Source: Lama guanicoe (taxonomy: Eukaryota). From it: 64,000 nucleotides of DNA. Positions 40,890-51,770 of this stretch are shown in pieces. Made by a program: the position numbers and the translations under genes. The stretch spans positions 186,001-250,000 of the forward strand of contig MU053881.1 of the NCBI GenBank assembly GCA_013239625.1. Reading direction: 5' to 3'. Numbering within the stretch: the first letter of the stretch is position 1; each line of letters starts with the position of its first letter. Under the pieces are notes generated by a model. That model did no database searches. It was not told the origin of the DNA and was given only the letters and a program-made list of their open reading frames with translations.

Positions 40890-41260
40890 TTAGTCCTATC
40901 AGGGCACGATAACAAAATAACTGTAGACCAGGTGGTTTAAACAAGAGACATCTATTTCTCACAGATCTGGAGGCTGGACGTTAAGGCAAGGTGCTGGCGG
41001 ATTTGATTTGGTTCTTGGTGAGCGCTCTCTTCCTGGCATGGGGACAGCTGCCTTCTCCATGCGTCCTCACGTGGACTTTTCTTGGTGTGTGCGCATGGAA
41101 GGGGATGAACGCTCTCTTTCTCTTCTTGCGAGGGCATGAATCCCCTTAGGAGGGTCCCACCCGCATGACCCCATCTAAACCTAATCACTTTTCAAAGGCC
41201 CTGCCTTCAAATACCATCACGCTGAGGGTCAGAGAGTCAACATATGAATTTATTCAGTCA
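40890..41260 (-). mobile_element. MLT1 LTR
   Basis: tcttagtcc...ataacaaaata...tttctcacagatctggaggctgg...catgaccccatctaaacctaatcac...caaataccatcac. Confidence 0.8.
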
Positions 41261-42235
41261 AATATCTAGTTTAAGGTAGGTCTCTGCTCCACGAACTGAG
41301 CGGAAGCCCAGGTCCAGCACCGTGTGGGACTCCAGGGGCAGGCCCAGGGAGAGCTCTGTGCTTGGCAGAGACCTCAGGGCCCCATCACACCGAGACGTCA
41401 AGGTGCCCAGTCACAGGATTACAGGGATCTCCTTGTTGACCAATGAGAGAACACAGTGTCACGTCCCAGTCATCTCCAGCTAGCCAGGCATGGAAGGAAC
41501 CTGGGACAAAATCACATGACAGCCAGGACTCCTGGCACGGGCAGTCACCACACCGCCTGTGTGCTTAGGGAGCTAAGAGAGGGCTAGCGTGTCCCTTCCA
41601 GGAAAGGCTTCCGCGCTCACTTGCTGTCAGTGTCTCTGCCTTGACTCTGCGGATGCACACAGACATGCCAGGATGAAGGCGAGGAGTTCACACGTCTGCC
41701 TGCTTCTCAGTTATCATGACTCGTAACGTCTGCAGACGCACAGAAGATGCGGAGTGTTTCACTGTGCAGACTGAGCCCAGTCAGCTCCAGGACACTGGAT
41801 GGTTTGCACCTCTGCAGGACTCAGAGCCCCCTGTTCTCCTCGCCCTCGCCTCTCTGCTGAGGGGCAGGCCAGCCAGGCAGATAGTGCCAAGAAGCCCCAG
41901 ACCTCAGCTCAGCAGACAGGCACAGGGAGGGAGGCGCTGGGGGGCCACTGGGAAGAGCTGGTGGTGTGGGGGAGGCTGAGCCCCGTCACACCTCGTGGGC
42001 ACTGCCCCTTCAATGAGCCTGTGAGGGCCCCAGGACTCAGAGGTCCCAGGTCCCTGGAAGGCCGGCATGGACCTCCACAACCCTCAGCCTCACGGCACAG
42101 CTAGCCGCCACCACTTTCCAGGCAGGGCAGGAGGCCCGCGCTGCTCCTTCCAGGAGAGGGGGCAGGCCTCTCTGCTTCCCAGGACCAGTGAGCCTCGTCC
42201 ACCCGGCTTGGAGTTTCTTTGTTCTTGTTGCTGTT

Positions 42236-42998
42236 TTACGGAAGTATGCTCAGTTACAATGTGTCAGTTTCTGGTGCACAGCATCATGTTTCAGTCATAC
42301 ATGTACATACATATATTTGTTCTCATATTCTTTTTCATTATAGGTTGCTACATGATATTGAATATAGTTCCCTGTGCTATACAGAAGAAATTTGATTTTT
42401 GTCTGTTTTATATATAGTAGTTTGTATTTGCAAATCTCTAACTCTCAATTTATCCCTTCCTACTCTCTTTCCCCCTAGTAACAATAAGTTTGTTTACCAA
42501 GTCTGTGAGTCTCTTTCTGTTTTGTAGATGAGTTCATTAATGTCTCCTTTCCCTTTTTACTTATTTTTTAAATAGATTCTACATATGAGTGATATCATAT
42601 GGTATTTTTCCTTCTCTTTCTGGCTTACTTCACTTAGAATAACAATCTCCAGGTCCATTCATGTTGCTGCAAATGGCATTATTTTATTCTCTTTTATGGT
42701 TGAGTAATGTTCCATTGTAGAAATATACCACATCTTCTTTATCCAGTCATCTGTTGATGGACATTTATGTTGTCTCTGTGTCTTGGCAACTGTAAATAGT
42801 GCTGCTATGAACATTGGGGTGCATATGTCTTTTTTAATTAAAGTTCCTTCTGGTTATATGCCCAGGGGTGGGACTGCTGGATCTTAAGGAAAGTCTATTT
42901 TTAGTTTTTCCATAATGGCTGCACCAAACTACACTACCACCAGCAGTGTAGGGAGATCCCGTTTCTCCTCACCCTCTCCAGAATTTATCATTTGTGGA
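42236..42998 (-). mobile_element. L1, 5'-truncated (same family as 19062-20060)
   Basis: Antisense 3'UTR and ORF2 tail nearly identical in structure to other copies in the window. Confidence 0.92.
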
Positions 42999-45201
42999 TA
43001 TAAAAGACATTTTTGAGACAACTGAGGAATACTGAATATATTCATATGTATATATATATATATATCAATATTGAAAATGAAGTATATCTGATAATATTAA
43101 GTATTGCTATTAATTTTGTTTGGTGTGATACTGGAACTGCAGTCATAAGGGCTTTTATTTATTTGTAAATACACATAAATGAATTATTAACTAACAAATC
43201 ACACCAGGACTTGTTCCAGCAAAACAAAACAAAAGCTGGAGGGGTAGGTGAGACAAGATCGGCGAAGCGTTGGTAATTGTTAACTCTGGGTAATAAGTGT
43301 GGGGATTCATTAGATATTTTTGAAATATTTTATAGCAAAAAATTAAGTCTATGTGTTCATACTTAACTAAGATCAAAAATATTTTCTGAAGACAATATTG
43401 TTAAGGAAAGAAACACTTAAATGGCACAATCTGGCTTCCATTTACAAGAAAAGGAGGAGGGTTTTTATAGACAAGTCACATTATTTCAGAACATAAGTGA
43501 GACTGGCCACGCCAGCACAATGGGGAGCCGTGTTTTATTGTCCCACTTGTCTTGACTCTGAAGGAAATGTTTTCACCACTAGAGGCAGCAGAGTTCCCCT
43601 TCGTGGGCAGAGAGTAAATCTCTGTCTCTAGCAATGCAGCCACTTCATAATGCAGAGATGGTGAACAGACACCTGGCCAGGGCTCCTGCATTCCCCGCAG
43701 CTGGTTTCTTGAGCCCCACACGGTGTGAGAGCCCCCACACTCCACAGAAGGTGGAACTTTCCTAACAGTTAGCTCACAGGTTATATAAACAGGTGATGGT
43801 GCTACTGACATCCTACAAGAAACCTTGGTGCATTTCACAAAGATCTGTACTTGGAGGCCCAGTTTACAGAAAGACTCGCCTCCAGAGTACCGCACAGAAA
43901 GGTAGTGACTGGGCGGGCTGCCTGGAACCCCACAAACATGGCCAAGCCCTGAGCAGCAGGGGTGAGGGCAAAGGTCAACTTCACCAGGTAAAGCTGGGCC
44001 CCGCACCCAAGCAAGGACAAAATGCCTGGGAAGTTCAGGCATGCATGACTTCGGGCAGAGCTGGATCCATGTGCACAGATCTGCTTTCCTCTGTTTTATT
44101 TCCACTCCTGGATCTTCCCCGCTGAGGTCGAGCTGGTTACAAGTGGCATTCTAGCCCTAAGTTCCAATACCTGGAAGTCCCTCTTTTTGAGTGGGCCCAG
44201 CAAAACTCCTCCAGGATGTTACTCCCTGGGTCTCATAGGCCTGATTTAGGTCCCTTGCCCAGCCCAGACCCAATCCCTGTGTTCAGAACATGGCACCCTC
44301 ATTGTCCAGGCCTGGATCTGGTACTCCCTGCAGGAGCCAGGGGCAAGCCAGCCCCATGTGATCCAACTGACTGAGAGCAGAGAAGGGGTACTTCCACAGA
44401 GGAATCCAGAGTGTTGTCCCCAGAGGGAAGGGAAGCAGGTCCAGACATATCCTCTGCCCACTGGTCACTCCAGCAGTCACCTTTGCCTGCCTACCTAGTG
44501 AAAATCCAAGTCGTCCCTCCCTGAAGCCTCCTTCCTGCATCAGCAGTGTCAGAGAGGGCCCCATGTCCTGTTACCTCAACAAACATGGGAATGAGGCCAC
44601 ACGTGGGTCAGGAGTAGCTCCAGGAATGCTCTGGGGTCCAGCCCCTCATCCTGTGGGGCTGGACTGACCCTTCCGTAGGATGCCCTCCATTGCCCTGCAG
44701 GGTGGCCCACCTAGAAGCAACCCTTCTCCACTGATGAATAGAAAAACCAGAAGAGTCCTGAACCCTAAACTGTCACTTTCTGACCCTTCCCTGGGCTGTA
44801 GGAATCACTGCTAGACTGGATGACTTGGAGGAGACATTGGAGTACCCCCGGAGAGCCCCCTCCTCTCCTCCGCCACCCTGACCTGGGAATCTGTAAGACA
44901 CTGGCAGCGTAAAGGAGTAGCTGGTCCATGTACCTTCAGAGTCAGGCAGGAGTCGCAGGCAGGTAGGATAGCCAGCACCGCTTAGGAGGGGTTTGGGGGA
45001 GGATGCGGGGTGAAGCCCTTCTCAGGACACTGCCACACTTGGCAATGGGCAGCTGTTGCCCCTCAGGATGGGATCAGTGTGGCCAGCTCTTCTAATTGGT
45101 CACAAGAAACTGGAAGTCCATGGCACAACCTGGGCCCTTCTTAATCTCGACTTGATAGACAAGAAGGCGGTATCAGAGACTCTGCAGGGATGGGTACCAG
45201 G

Positions 45202-45316
45202 TAGAGTGGCCGACTTGTTCGGGTTTGCCTGGACGGAGGGATTCCCTGGAACATGGGCACTTCACTACTAAAACCAGAATAGTTCCAAGCAAACTCAGAC
45301 AGCCCAGGTCACCCTG
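45202..45316. mobile_element. MER81-like hAT-Blackjack MITE
   Basis: tagagtggcc...gggtttgcctgg...ctaaaaccag...gcaaac...ggtcaccctg with degenerate TIRs. Confidence 0.7.
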
Positions 45317-46196
45317 CGTTTTGCTCGTAGACGGGGTGATCACACCATTTTCTGAAGGGAGTGTGCAGGGCTAAGGAGACCAACAGGGCTGGGTCCACTT
45401 CGAGGCGTGCTCAGCCTGAGTATAACCACTAGGAAACCTGAAGTGGCAGGAACCAGCGAGGGCAGCTGGGGGAGAGGCCACCAGATGGAAGCTGATGCCT
45501 CGGGGCTATCCTCACCACAGCCCCTCTTCCCCAGACCCCCTGCTGGGTGTCCTGGTACCAGGACAGGCAGGAAGCCAGCTGCACAGGAATGGGGAATGAA
45601 TGAGTGAAAGTGACACTGCTCTGGGAAAGGGGAGGGGCAAACGCAGCAGCTCCTGAACCAGCTCTGCACCTTCCCAGCAGGGTGACTCAGCCAACCCCTT
45701 CCTTACCGTCGCTGAGCCTCAGTTTCCTCAAATGTCTAATGGGTACCACACACACCTCCTCCCCACCAGGGCCTGAGCCGTGGTGAAGTTAGAGAGGGAT
45801 TACACCAGGAAAAATGCTCTAGACAAGACGTAAAACACTTCATTTTATTCTCCAACATGACTGAGGAGGATCTGTTCAGAAATTTCCGGATTTTTTTTTT
45901 AATAAAATAAAAAACACCAGATGGCTTCAAAGTACGCAAATGTGAGGCCAGTTCTCGTGACCTTCCTCGGAAGACCCGGCCCAGAGCTCAGTGGGGAGGG
46001 GTTGGGGGGAGCCCGGGTGGGGAAGCGCCGGCCTTGGTGACTCACGGAGGGCCCAGAGGAGGGCTCCTGAGATTAGGCCGGCAGCCGAGGCGGAGGAGCC
46101 TCTGGCTAGAGCGCAGGCCAGCTGCGCAGAGAGGTCGGCCAGCGCCGCCAGGGGAGGGGGCGTCTTCCTGGGTTACCCCGGCTTTGCTCAAGATCT

Positions 46197-46206
46197 GGGG
46201 AATCCC
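46197..46206 (+). promoter_or_regulatory. NF-kB consensus site GGGGAATCCC upstream of GFPT2
   Basis: Matches GGGRNWYYCC inside the CpG island, about 600 bp upstream of the TATA box. Confidence 0.5.
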
Positions 46207-46399
46207 GGCCTCCGACTTCCGGCTCAGCAGTAAATCCCGTCCCGGGTGCGAGCTGGGACGCCGCCCCGCCGCCCAAATTTGGCAAAGTCCTTCTCCATGT
46301 CTGAGCCTGAGCCTGCCGCGTGCCGCGTCTCGGGTGCCCTGGGAGGAGCCTGGCACACAGACGGGCGCACACCAGGAACACGTGTTCTTACGCCCGACA

Positions 46400-46580
46400 C
46401 CGTGCTCGGCGCCTTACTTACAGAAGCCTGACTTAAAACCTCATTACGACCCGGGAGGTAGGATCCATTGTTACCCCTGTTGTACAGAAGGGGAAACTGA
46501 AGTGTAGAGCGATTCAGCCAGTCCCCGGCCCAAGGTCCCACGCCTGCTCTGTGGGACTTGAGTCCGGGTCCGAACTCGGG
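46400..46580 (-). mobile_element. MIR inside the GFPT2 CpG island
   Basis: aacctcattacgacccgggaggtagg...ccctgttgtacagaaggggaaactgaagtgtagag...gcccaaggtcccac. Confidence 0.65.
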
Positions 46581-46705
46581 TAGCGTGCTGCCCCTCAGCC
46601 CACTTCCAGGACCTAACGCCGGGCGCCCGCGTGTTACACCCGCGACTGGCTCCTGGGAGCCGCGGGTAGCCTCCTGCCCAGACTCTTGGGGGCCCAGAGC
46701 CGGTC

Positions 46706-46797
46706 GTTGTCACGACAACAGGGGGCCAATGAGGAGCCGGCAGGCGGGAGGAGGCCCCGCCCCGGCCCCGCCCCAGCGGAGGGCTCGGAGCTATAAG
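46706..46797 (+). promoter_or_regulatory. GFPT2 core/proximal promoter: X-box-like palindrome, CCAAT box, two GC boxes, TATA box
   Basis: GTTGTCACGACAAC 46706-46719; CCAAT 46726-46730; GGCCCCGCCCC tandem at 46753-46763 and 46764-46774; TATAAG 46792-46797, about 120 nt upstream of the ATG. Confidence 0.8.
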
Positions 46798-46912
46798 TGC
46801 CGGAGTCCGAGGGGCGGGCGCCAGAGTCCACGAGCGCAAGGCGCGCGGTGAGTGCTGAGTGCCAGCAGCGCGCAGAGGCCCGGAGCTGCGAAGGGCGCGA
46901 GGAGCCTCCACG

Positions 46913-46919
46913 ATGTGCG
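46913..46919 (+). CDS. GFPT2: GFPT2 coding exon 1 (ATG TGC G; Met-Cys plus first base of Gly)
   Basis: ccacgATGTGCG|GTGAGT with A at -3 and a canonical donor, in a CpG island downstream of a TATA box. Joins exon 2 in frame to give MCGIFAYMNY, the GFAT N-terminus with the Ntn-hydrolase catalytic Cys. Confidence 0.93.
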
Positions 46920-49004
46920 GTGAGTGCATCGCCCATCTGCGCCCCCCTCCTCCGTGGCGGCCGCAGGTTCCGGCGCCCCAGCCTCTCACAGCCTGGGCCC
47001 GAAAGCCAGGCGCAGGGGACCGGAGGCGGCGCGGAATGGGGGCGTCGATTTGTCTTGGTCCCCCTCCGAGGGGCTTTCAGGGGCCGAGCCTGCCTCCGCT
47101 TGCCCCGCCGCCAAGTGGGTGTCCCAGGGAGGTGTCGGGGAGGGGTTACCCAACCTTGATCTCGGACCCACAGAGAGGAAGGAATTGGTGCTGTCACAGG
47201 CCTGGACCCTCGCAACACAAAGGTATCCGCGCCCCGTGTCCAGTAAGGAAAGCGTCCCCCCGTGTCGCCCACAAAGGCGGCCACGCTCAAGCTCGCGCGC
47301 ATCCAGGGCACGGGGTGTCCAGCCCGGCTCCTTGCGCACACCGAAGAGAGGCGACCCCACCTGCACCCTCCGGTTAGTGTGGGGACCAGCCCCTCGTGCA
47401 CTGGGAAGGGCCTGTCTGTTCTCCTCGCGTCCCAAAATGAACTTCTTGGCCCTAGCAGGGTTGATTCCGTACTGCCGCCTCTTTGCTGGGAAGAGCTCTC
47501 AGCGAGGCACGGGGAAGAAGCAGCACTTAACTGCCGAACCTTGGGCCAAATCTGGGAGAGGGAGCCCTGGACTGGGAGCTCCGGCGTCCGGAATACCGCG
47601 GCGACTGGGCGCTGTCGGGCCAGGCTGCGGGACGGTGGGGAGGGCGGCCCGGCCCTGTGCACGCACTACACATCTGCAATTCCTTACTGTCCTGGCTGGG
47701 CTGCCGCCTCTGGCTGGAGAGAGGGCCGAGAACTTCGGCTGGGACAAAAGGTCACTGTGACTTTTTTTTTTTCCGTGAGTGGGATTCAGTTACTCGTTCC
47801 AGCCTCCTGTGGCTGGAGGACCTGGTGGAACTTTTGAAGCCATGAAAGGCCTCTGTCTGACTTTACTGAGGGATGCTGGGGTAGGCTGGGGTGTGCCAGC
47901 AGTGAGCCGAGGGCCAAGGTCTGTACAGGCTTTGTTTCTGAGGCCAAGCGCTCCTGAAAAAGTGAAAACGGACTGACTGACCAAGGAGCAGGCCAAGCAG
48001 GCATCAATTTAAATTGCTGAACTCTCTGTAAAAATGTCAGGACTCCAGGGCATCATTGGTAACATCCATCTAGGACTGACGGTGGGTGTTTCTGGGTAGA
48101 AAGATAAGGAAAAGGTGGCAGTTTTGCTAAGAAGCTTTGGATTCCAAACTCCTCAGTGTGGCATTCAAAGCCCTTGGCCTTAGAGCCAGACTAGTGCACT
48201 GAGAGCCTCCCACTGGGTCTGCCCCCCAAACACGGAACAGCTTCCCTGCTTCCTCCTCTCAGATGCCCTTTCACAGCGGTCCAGGAGCTGGTCGCTGACC
48301 AGGGACGGAATAACTCATGAGGTAAATGTTGCCATAGAGGGAAGACCTGGGGTACACGCCGCAGTGTGGCCACCCAGTGCCAAACCAGCAGACAGACGTC
48401 CTTCTGTTTGGTGCACAGGATTTAAACTTTATTTTTTAAATTACTGTAGCACCAAGATACAAAATTGGGAGATTTCATATAAGGAGGTGGGGTTTTGACT
48501 TCTCTTGAAAAAAAAATCTGAAGATGAGCACCCCTGAGTCCGTATTTCTGAGCAGTGTGCGGTGGCCCCTGGGGTCACGGGGGCAAGCTCCCCAGTTCTC
48601 CCACCCCTGCCCCGCTGCCTCACTCACTGGTGTGACCCGCTGGCCTCCGTGCAGGCTGAGCGTGGGACCCTGGCACGGTGAGGGCAGGGACACTGACCTT
48701 CCCCAGAAGAGAGGGAGGGACCTGGGACAGTGCCTCAGGGCCTGGACTCCAGTATGAGCTCTGCAGAGAAGAGGGTGACAGGTGTGCCAGGCTGAGGGCA
48801 CAGCATATGCAAGGGCATGGCAGCATGGACCATGGCTGCACCATGGCTGCGTGGGGATTTGATGGAAAGGATTACACTTTCCATCCATGAATTCTTAAAT
48901 CTTCCCTGTCCTACATTTAGTAATCTGTGCCGGGGGAGGAAAGACTTTGCTATGCAGAATTGGAGAATTATTATTTTGCTAGTTTTGCCTTGAATTTGTC
49001 ATCT

Positions 49005-49480
49005 TTGATATTAGTTCCTCTAGCTGCTGTAACAAGTTACCACAAACTTGCTGATTTAAAACAACATAAATTTTTTTTATGTAATTCTGGAGACTAGCAG
49101 TCCAAAAATCTGTTTTACTGGGCCAAAATGGAGGTGCCAGCACCACTTCCTCCAGAAGCTCTGGGGGAGAATCTGTTCCTTGCCTCTTCCTGGCTTCCAT
49201 GGCTGCCGGCATTCCTTGGCTTGCGGCTGCTCATTCCAACCTCCTCCTCCAAGGTCACGTCGCTTTCTCCTCCTCTGTGTTAAATCTCCCTCTGCTTCCC
49301 TCTTACAAGGACACTTGTGATTGCACTTAGGGCCCGTCCATATAATTCAGGATAATCTCCCATCTCAAGATCCTTAACTTAATCACATCTATAAAGACCC
49401 CTTTTCATATAGAGTAACATTTACAGATTCTAGGGATTGGGACCTAGTATTTTTGAGGGCCACTGTTCATCCGCCTACGG
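49005..49480 (-). mobile_element. MLT1 LTR in intron 1
   Basis: ttagttcctctagctgctgtaacaagttaccacaaactt...caggataatctcccatctcaagatccttaacttaatcacatct. Confidence 0.88.
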
Positions 49481-50210
49481 TTGGGCTCTTGCTTACAGAT
49501 GCCTTCCTCAAGAATAGCCCAGTGTTGCCAATCCCAGATGGCCACAAGAATGTCGCCCAGAGGGCTACCAGCATTCCCTCGCATCACACGCACCCAGGTC
49601 CTCTGGTCCCAGCACTCTCAAACTGGACCCAGCACAGTCAGAAGGTGAACGCAGGCATCAGTTAAATATGCCGTCCTTCACTGGCATCATGCCACTTGCC
49701 CAGTTGGATCAAATTGTTTTCACACCTTCTCTAAAAGTCAGTTTCCGTGTCACATAAATAGCATGCTCACTACATCTGCCCTCCATGCACATACATGGTA
49801 CCCTTCTCGCTCATCTCTTCTCTGCAAGAAGCAGACGTGGTTCTATTCTGCAGATCCAGAGAGGCCAGGACACACACACACACACACACACGAGAGTCTA
49901 CTTGCACAGTGGTCTTTCAGGAGAGCTTGTCAAGTGTCTGCAGGGACTTGCCTCCTATCTCAGCTGAGAAAACAGCAATCCAGGGAGATTACTTGACTCA
50001 GGGGAGCTCACCCTTTTGTCCCAAACTCCTTGTGGCTCTCAGAACCCTGTCATATTTGACATTCCTTTCCTTCTTGTAACAGTTCAGCCCATGGTTGGAT
50101 GCCTCAGTAGGGACTGGGCTGGAGTTAATGGGGCCTGGATTCTGGGGTCGGTTCGCCTGGCTTGTTACTTCTCCAGGCCACAGGAGCTTTGGGAAACAGA
50201 GCCCCCTACT

Positions 50211-50393
50211 CAGTGATGTGCACATAAATGTTTACCAACTGGCTCTCTGATTTGCCAATTTCTGTGGTGTGAATACTCTCACCATGGCTAATTTCAGGTC
50301 ATCAGTGTGAGGTCCCTGAAGCATGGAGCTGGGAAGCCGTGCACACAGTTGGCTCTCTCAGGAGCCAGTCCTGACAGCTCGCAGACACCACCA
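50211..50393. mobile_element. MER63-like hAT MITE
   Basis: taaatgtttaccaactggctctct...tttgccaatttctgtggtgtgaatactctcaccatggctaatttca...ggctctc...cacaccac-like end. Confidence 0.7.
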
Positions 50394-50684
50394 CCCCTAC
50401 TTACAGGACTGTGGTGGGCACTCTTGCCTGGAGGGCTGCACAGAGGCTAGTGGGGCAGGGGCTCAGCCCGGGCTGCCACCCGCCCTCCACTTTCTTCACC
50501 TCCCCTTCCCCATCGCCACGTTGTTTTCCCAGCAGTTTTACTCATCAGGGGTTTCCCAAGTTCTGAGAAACCTTCTGGAGATTTTGTGATATAACATTAG
50601 TAAACAGTGCTTTTAAATTGAGGTGTTTTTTTTTGATAATTCTGTTTTTCCCTATTCCCTATTTTGTTTATCTTTGCTCTAATC

Positions 50685-50848
50685 TTTTTTTTAAGTTTAT
50701 TTATTTTTAAATTTTTATTTATTTTTCATTTTGGGGTAGATAATTAGGTTTACTTATTTATCCATTTATTTTTAGAGGGTACTAGGGATTGAACCCAGGA
50801 CTTCATGCATGCTAAGCATGCAGTCTACCACTGAGCTATACCTTCCCT
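50685..50848 (-). mobile_element. tRNA-Ala-derived SINE (Vic-1-like)
   Basis: ggtactagggattgaacccaggacttcatgcatgctaagcatgcagtctaccactgagctatacc. Confidence 0.9.
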
Positions 50849-51609
50849 CCTTAAGGGGTTATTTTTATATTTAGCAACATTTGCTTATAAGGAAATATTA
50901 ATTTGAGGTTACAGATACTCTTGGGAGAACGTTCTGAAATTCATTAAGTGCTCGAACAGTTAAATAATATAATCTGGTCATCTGCCTCTTTTTAATTTTC
51001 AAGGGAAATATTTCACTGAAAAATAAAGTCTGGCTTTTTTATAGCCAAATTTTGGCAAGTTAAACACGATTTCTTTTTTTTTCTTGGAAGTTTTCTTGTT
51101 TTAGTACAATCTAGAGTATATGTATGTTGCTTCCCCTTTGCACTTGGTGAAATCCTAACGGGACAAGGACACCAGGAATTTTCTTTTAAAGATAAAAATG
51201 CCTTGCCCACATTTACTGCAGGAAGCAGAGTCTCCTGTTATCTCAGGGAATTGAGTGTTGTGGAAACTTTAACCATTGGAGGCCCGAGGAGGCCTGACGC
51301 AGGGTGAGGCTGTCCCCAGAGGAGCCAGCCCCCTCCTGACCCTGCGCCAGCCCTGGGGGCTCCTCTGTCTTGGTGTGAGGACCCAGCTGTGGGGTCTCAC
51401 ACTTCCTTTGCACCCTCATCTTTGCCCTCACTTCTGAGAGGAGGCAGCAAAAACTGTCATCCCCATTTTGTGAAAAAACTGGCCTCCCCTCCTCTGCACG
51501 AGGGAGTCCTGGACTCAGCCTCCTTCACAGCCCTCGTTCCTGGCCCAGTGGCCTCCCTCTCCTGGGAGCCTCACGGGAAAGAGTACACCGCCCACCTCCC
51601 CCGGCATGC

Positions 51610-51770
51610 CACACACACACACACACACACACACCCCCGACACACTCACACACACCTGACACTCAAGCACAGACTCACGCACATATACACACGCTCCCAC
51701 ACAAGTACATACTCAGTGCACATACCTGACACACGAACACAAACACACACTCTCTCTCTCACACACACAC
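51610..51770. repeat. (CA)n and degenerate CA-rich simple repeat
   Basis: Direct reading. Confidence 0.85.

Larger units (their letters stand above)
45960..47720. promoter_or_regulatory. CpG island spanning the GFPT2 promoter, exon 1 and start of intron 1
   Basis: Dense CpG and high GC compared with CpG-depleted flanks; boundaries estimated by eye. Confidence 0.9.

Noticed and set aside
34494..44105. ORFs of 200 aa or more at 34494-35204, 38820-39434 and 43476-44105
   Set aside because: They overlap LTR/L2/MIR or low-complexity GC-rich DNA, with no recognisable protein motif or supported splice structure.
46634..47760. Long ORFs over the CpG island (342 aa on -, 278 aa on +)
   Set aside because: Arg/Pro/Gly/Ala-rich with no recognisable domain; explained by stop-codon scarcity in GC-rich DNA.
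50770..50848. Apparent tRNA-Ala gene (also at 8225, 25175, 28775, 34105)
   Set aside because: Followed by SINE tails, some with TSDs, and mutated stems; these are SINE heads.
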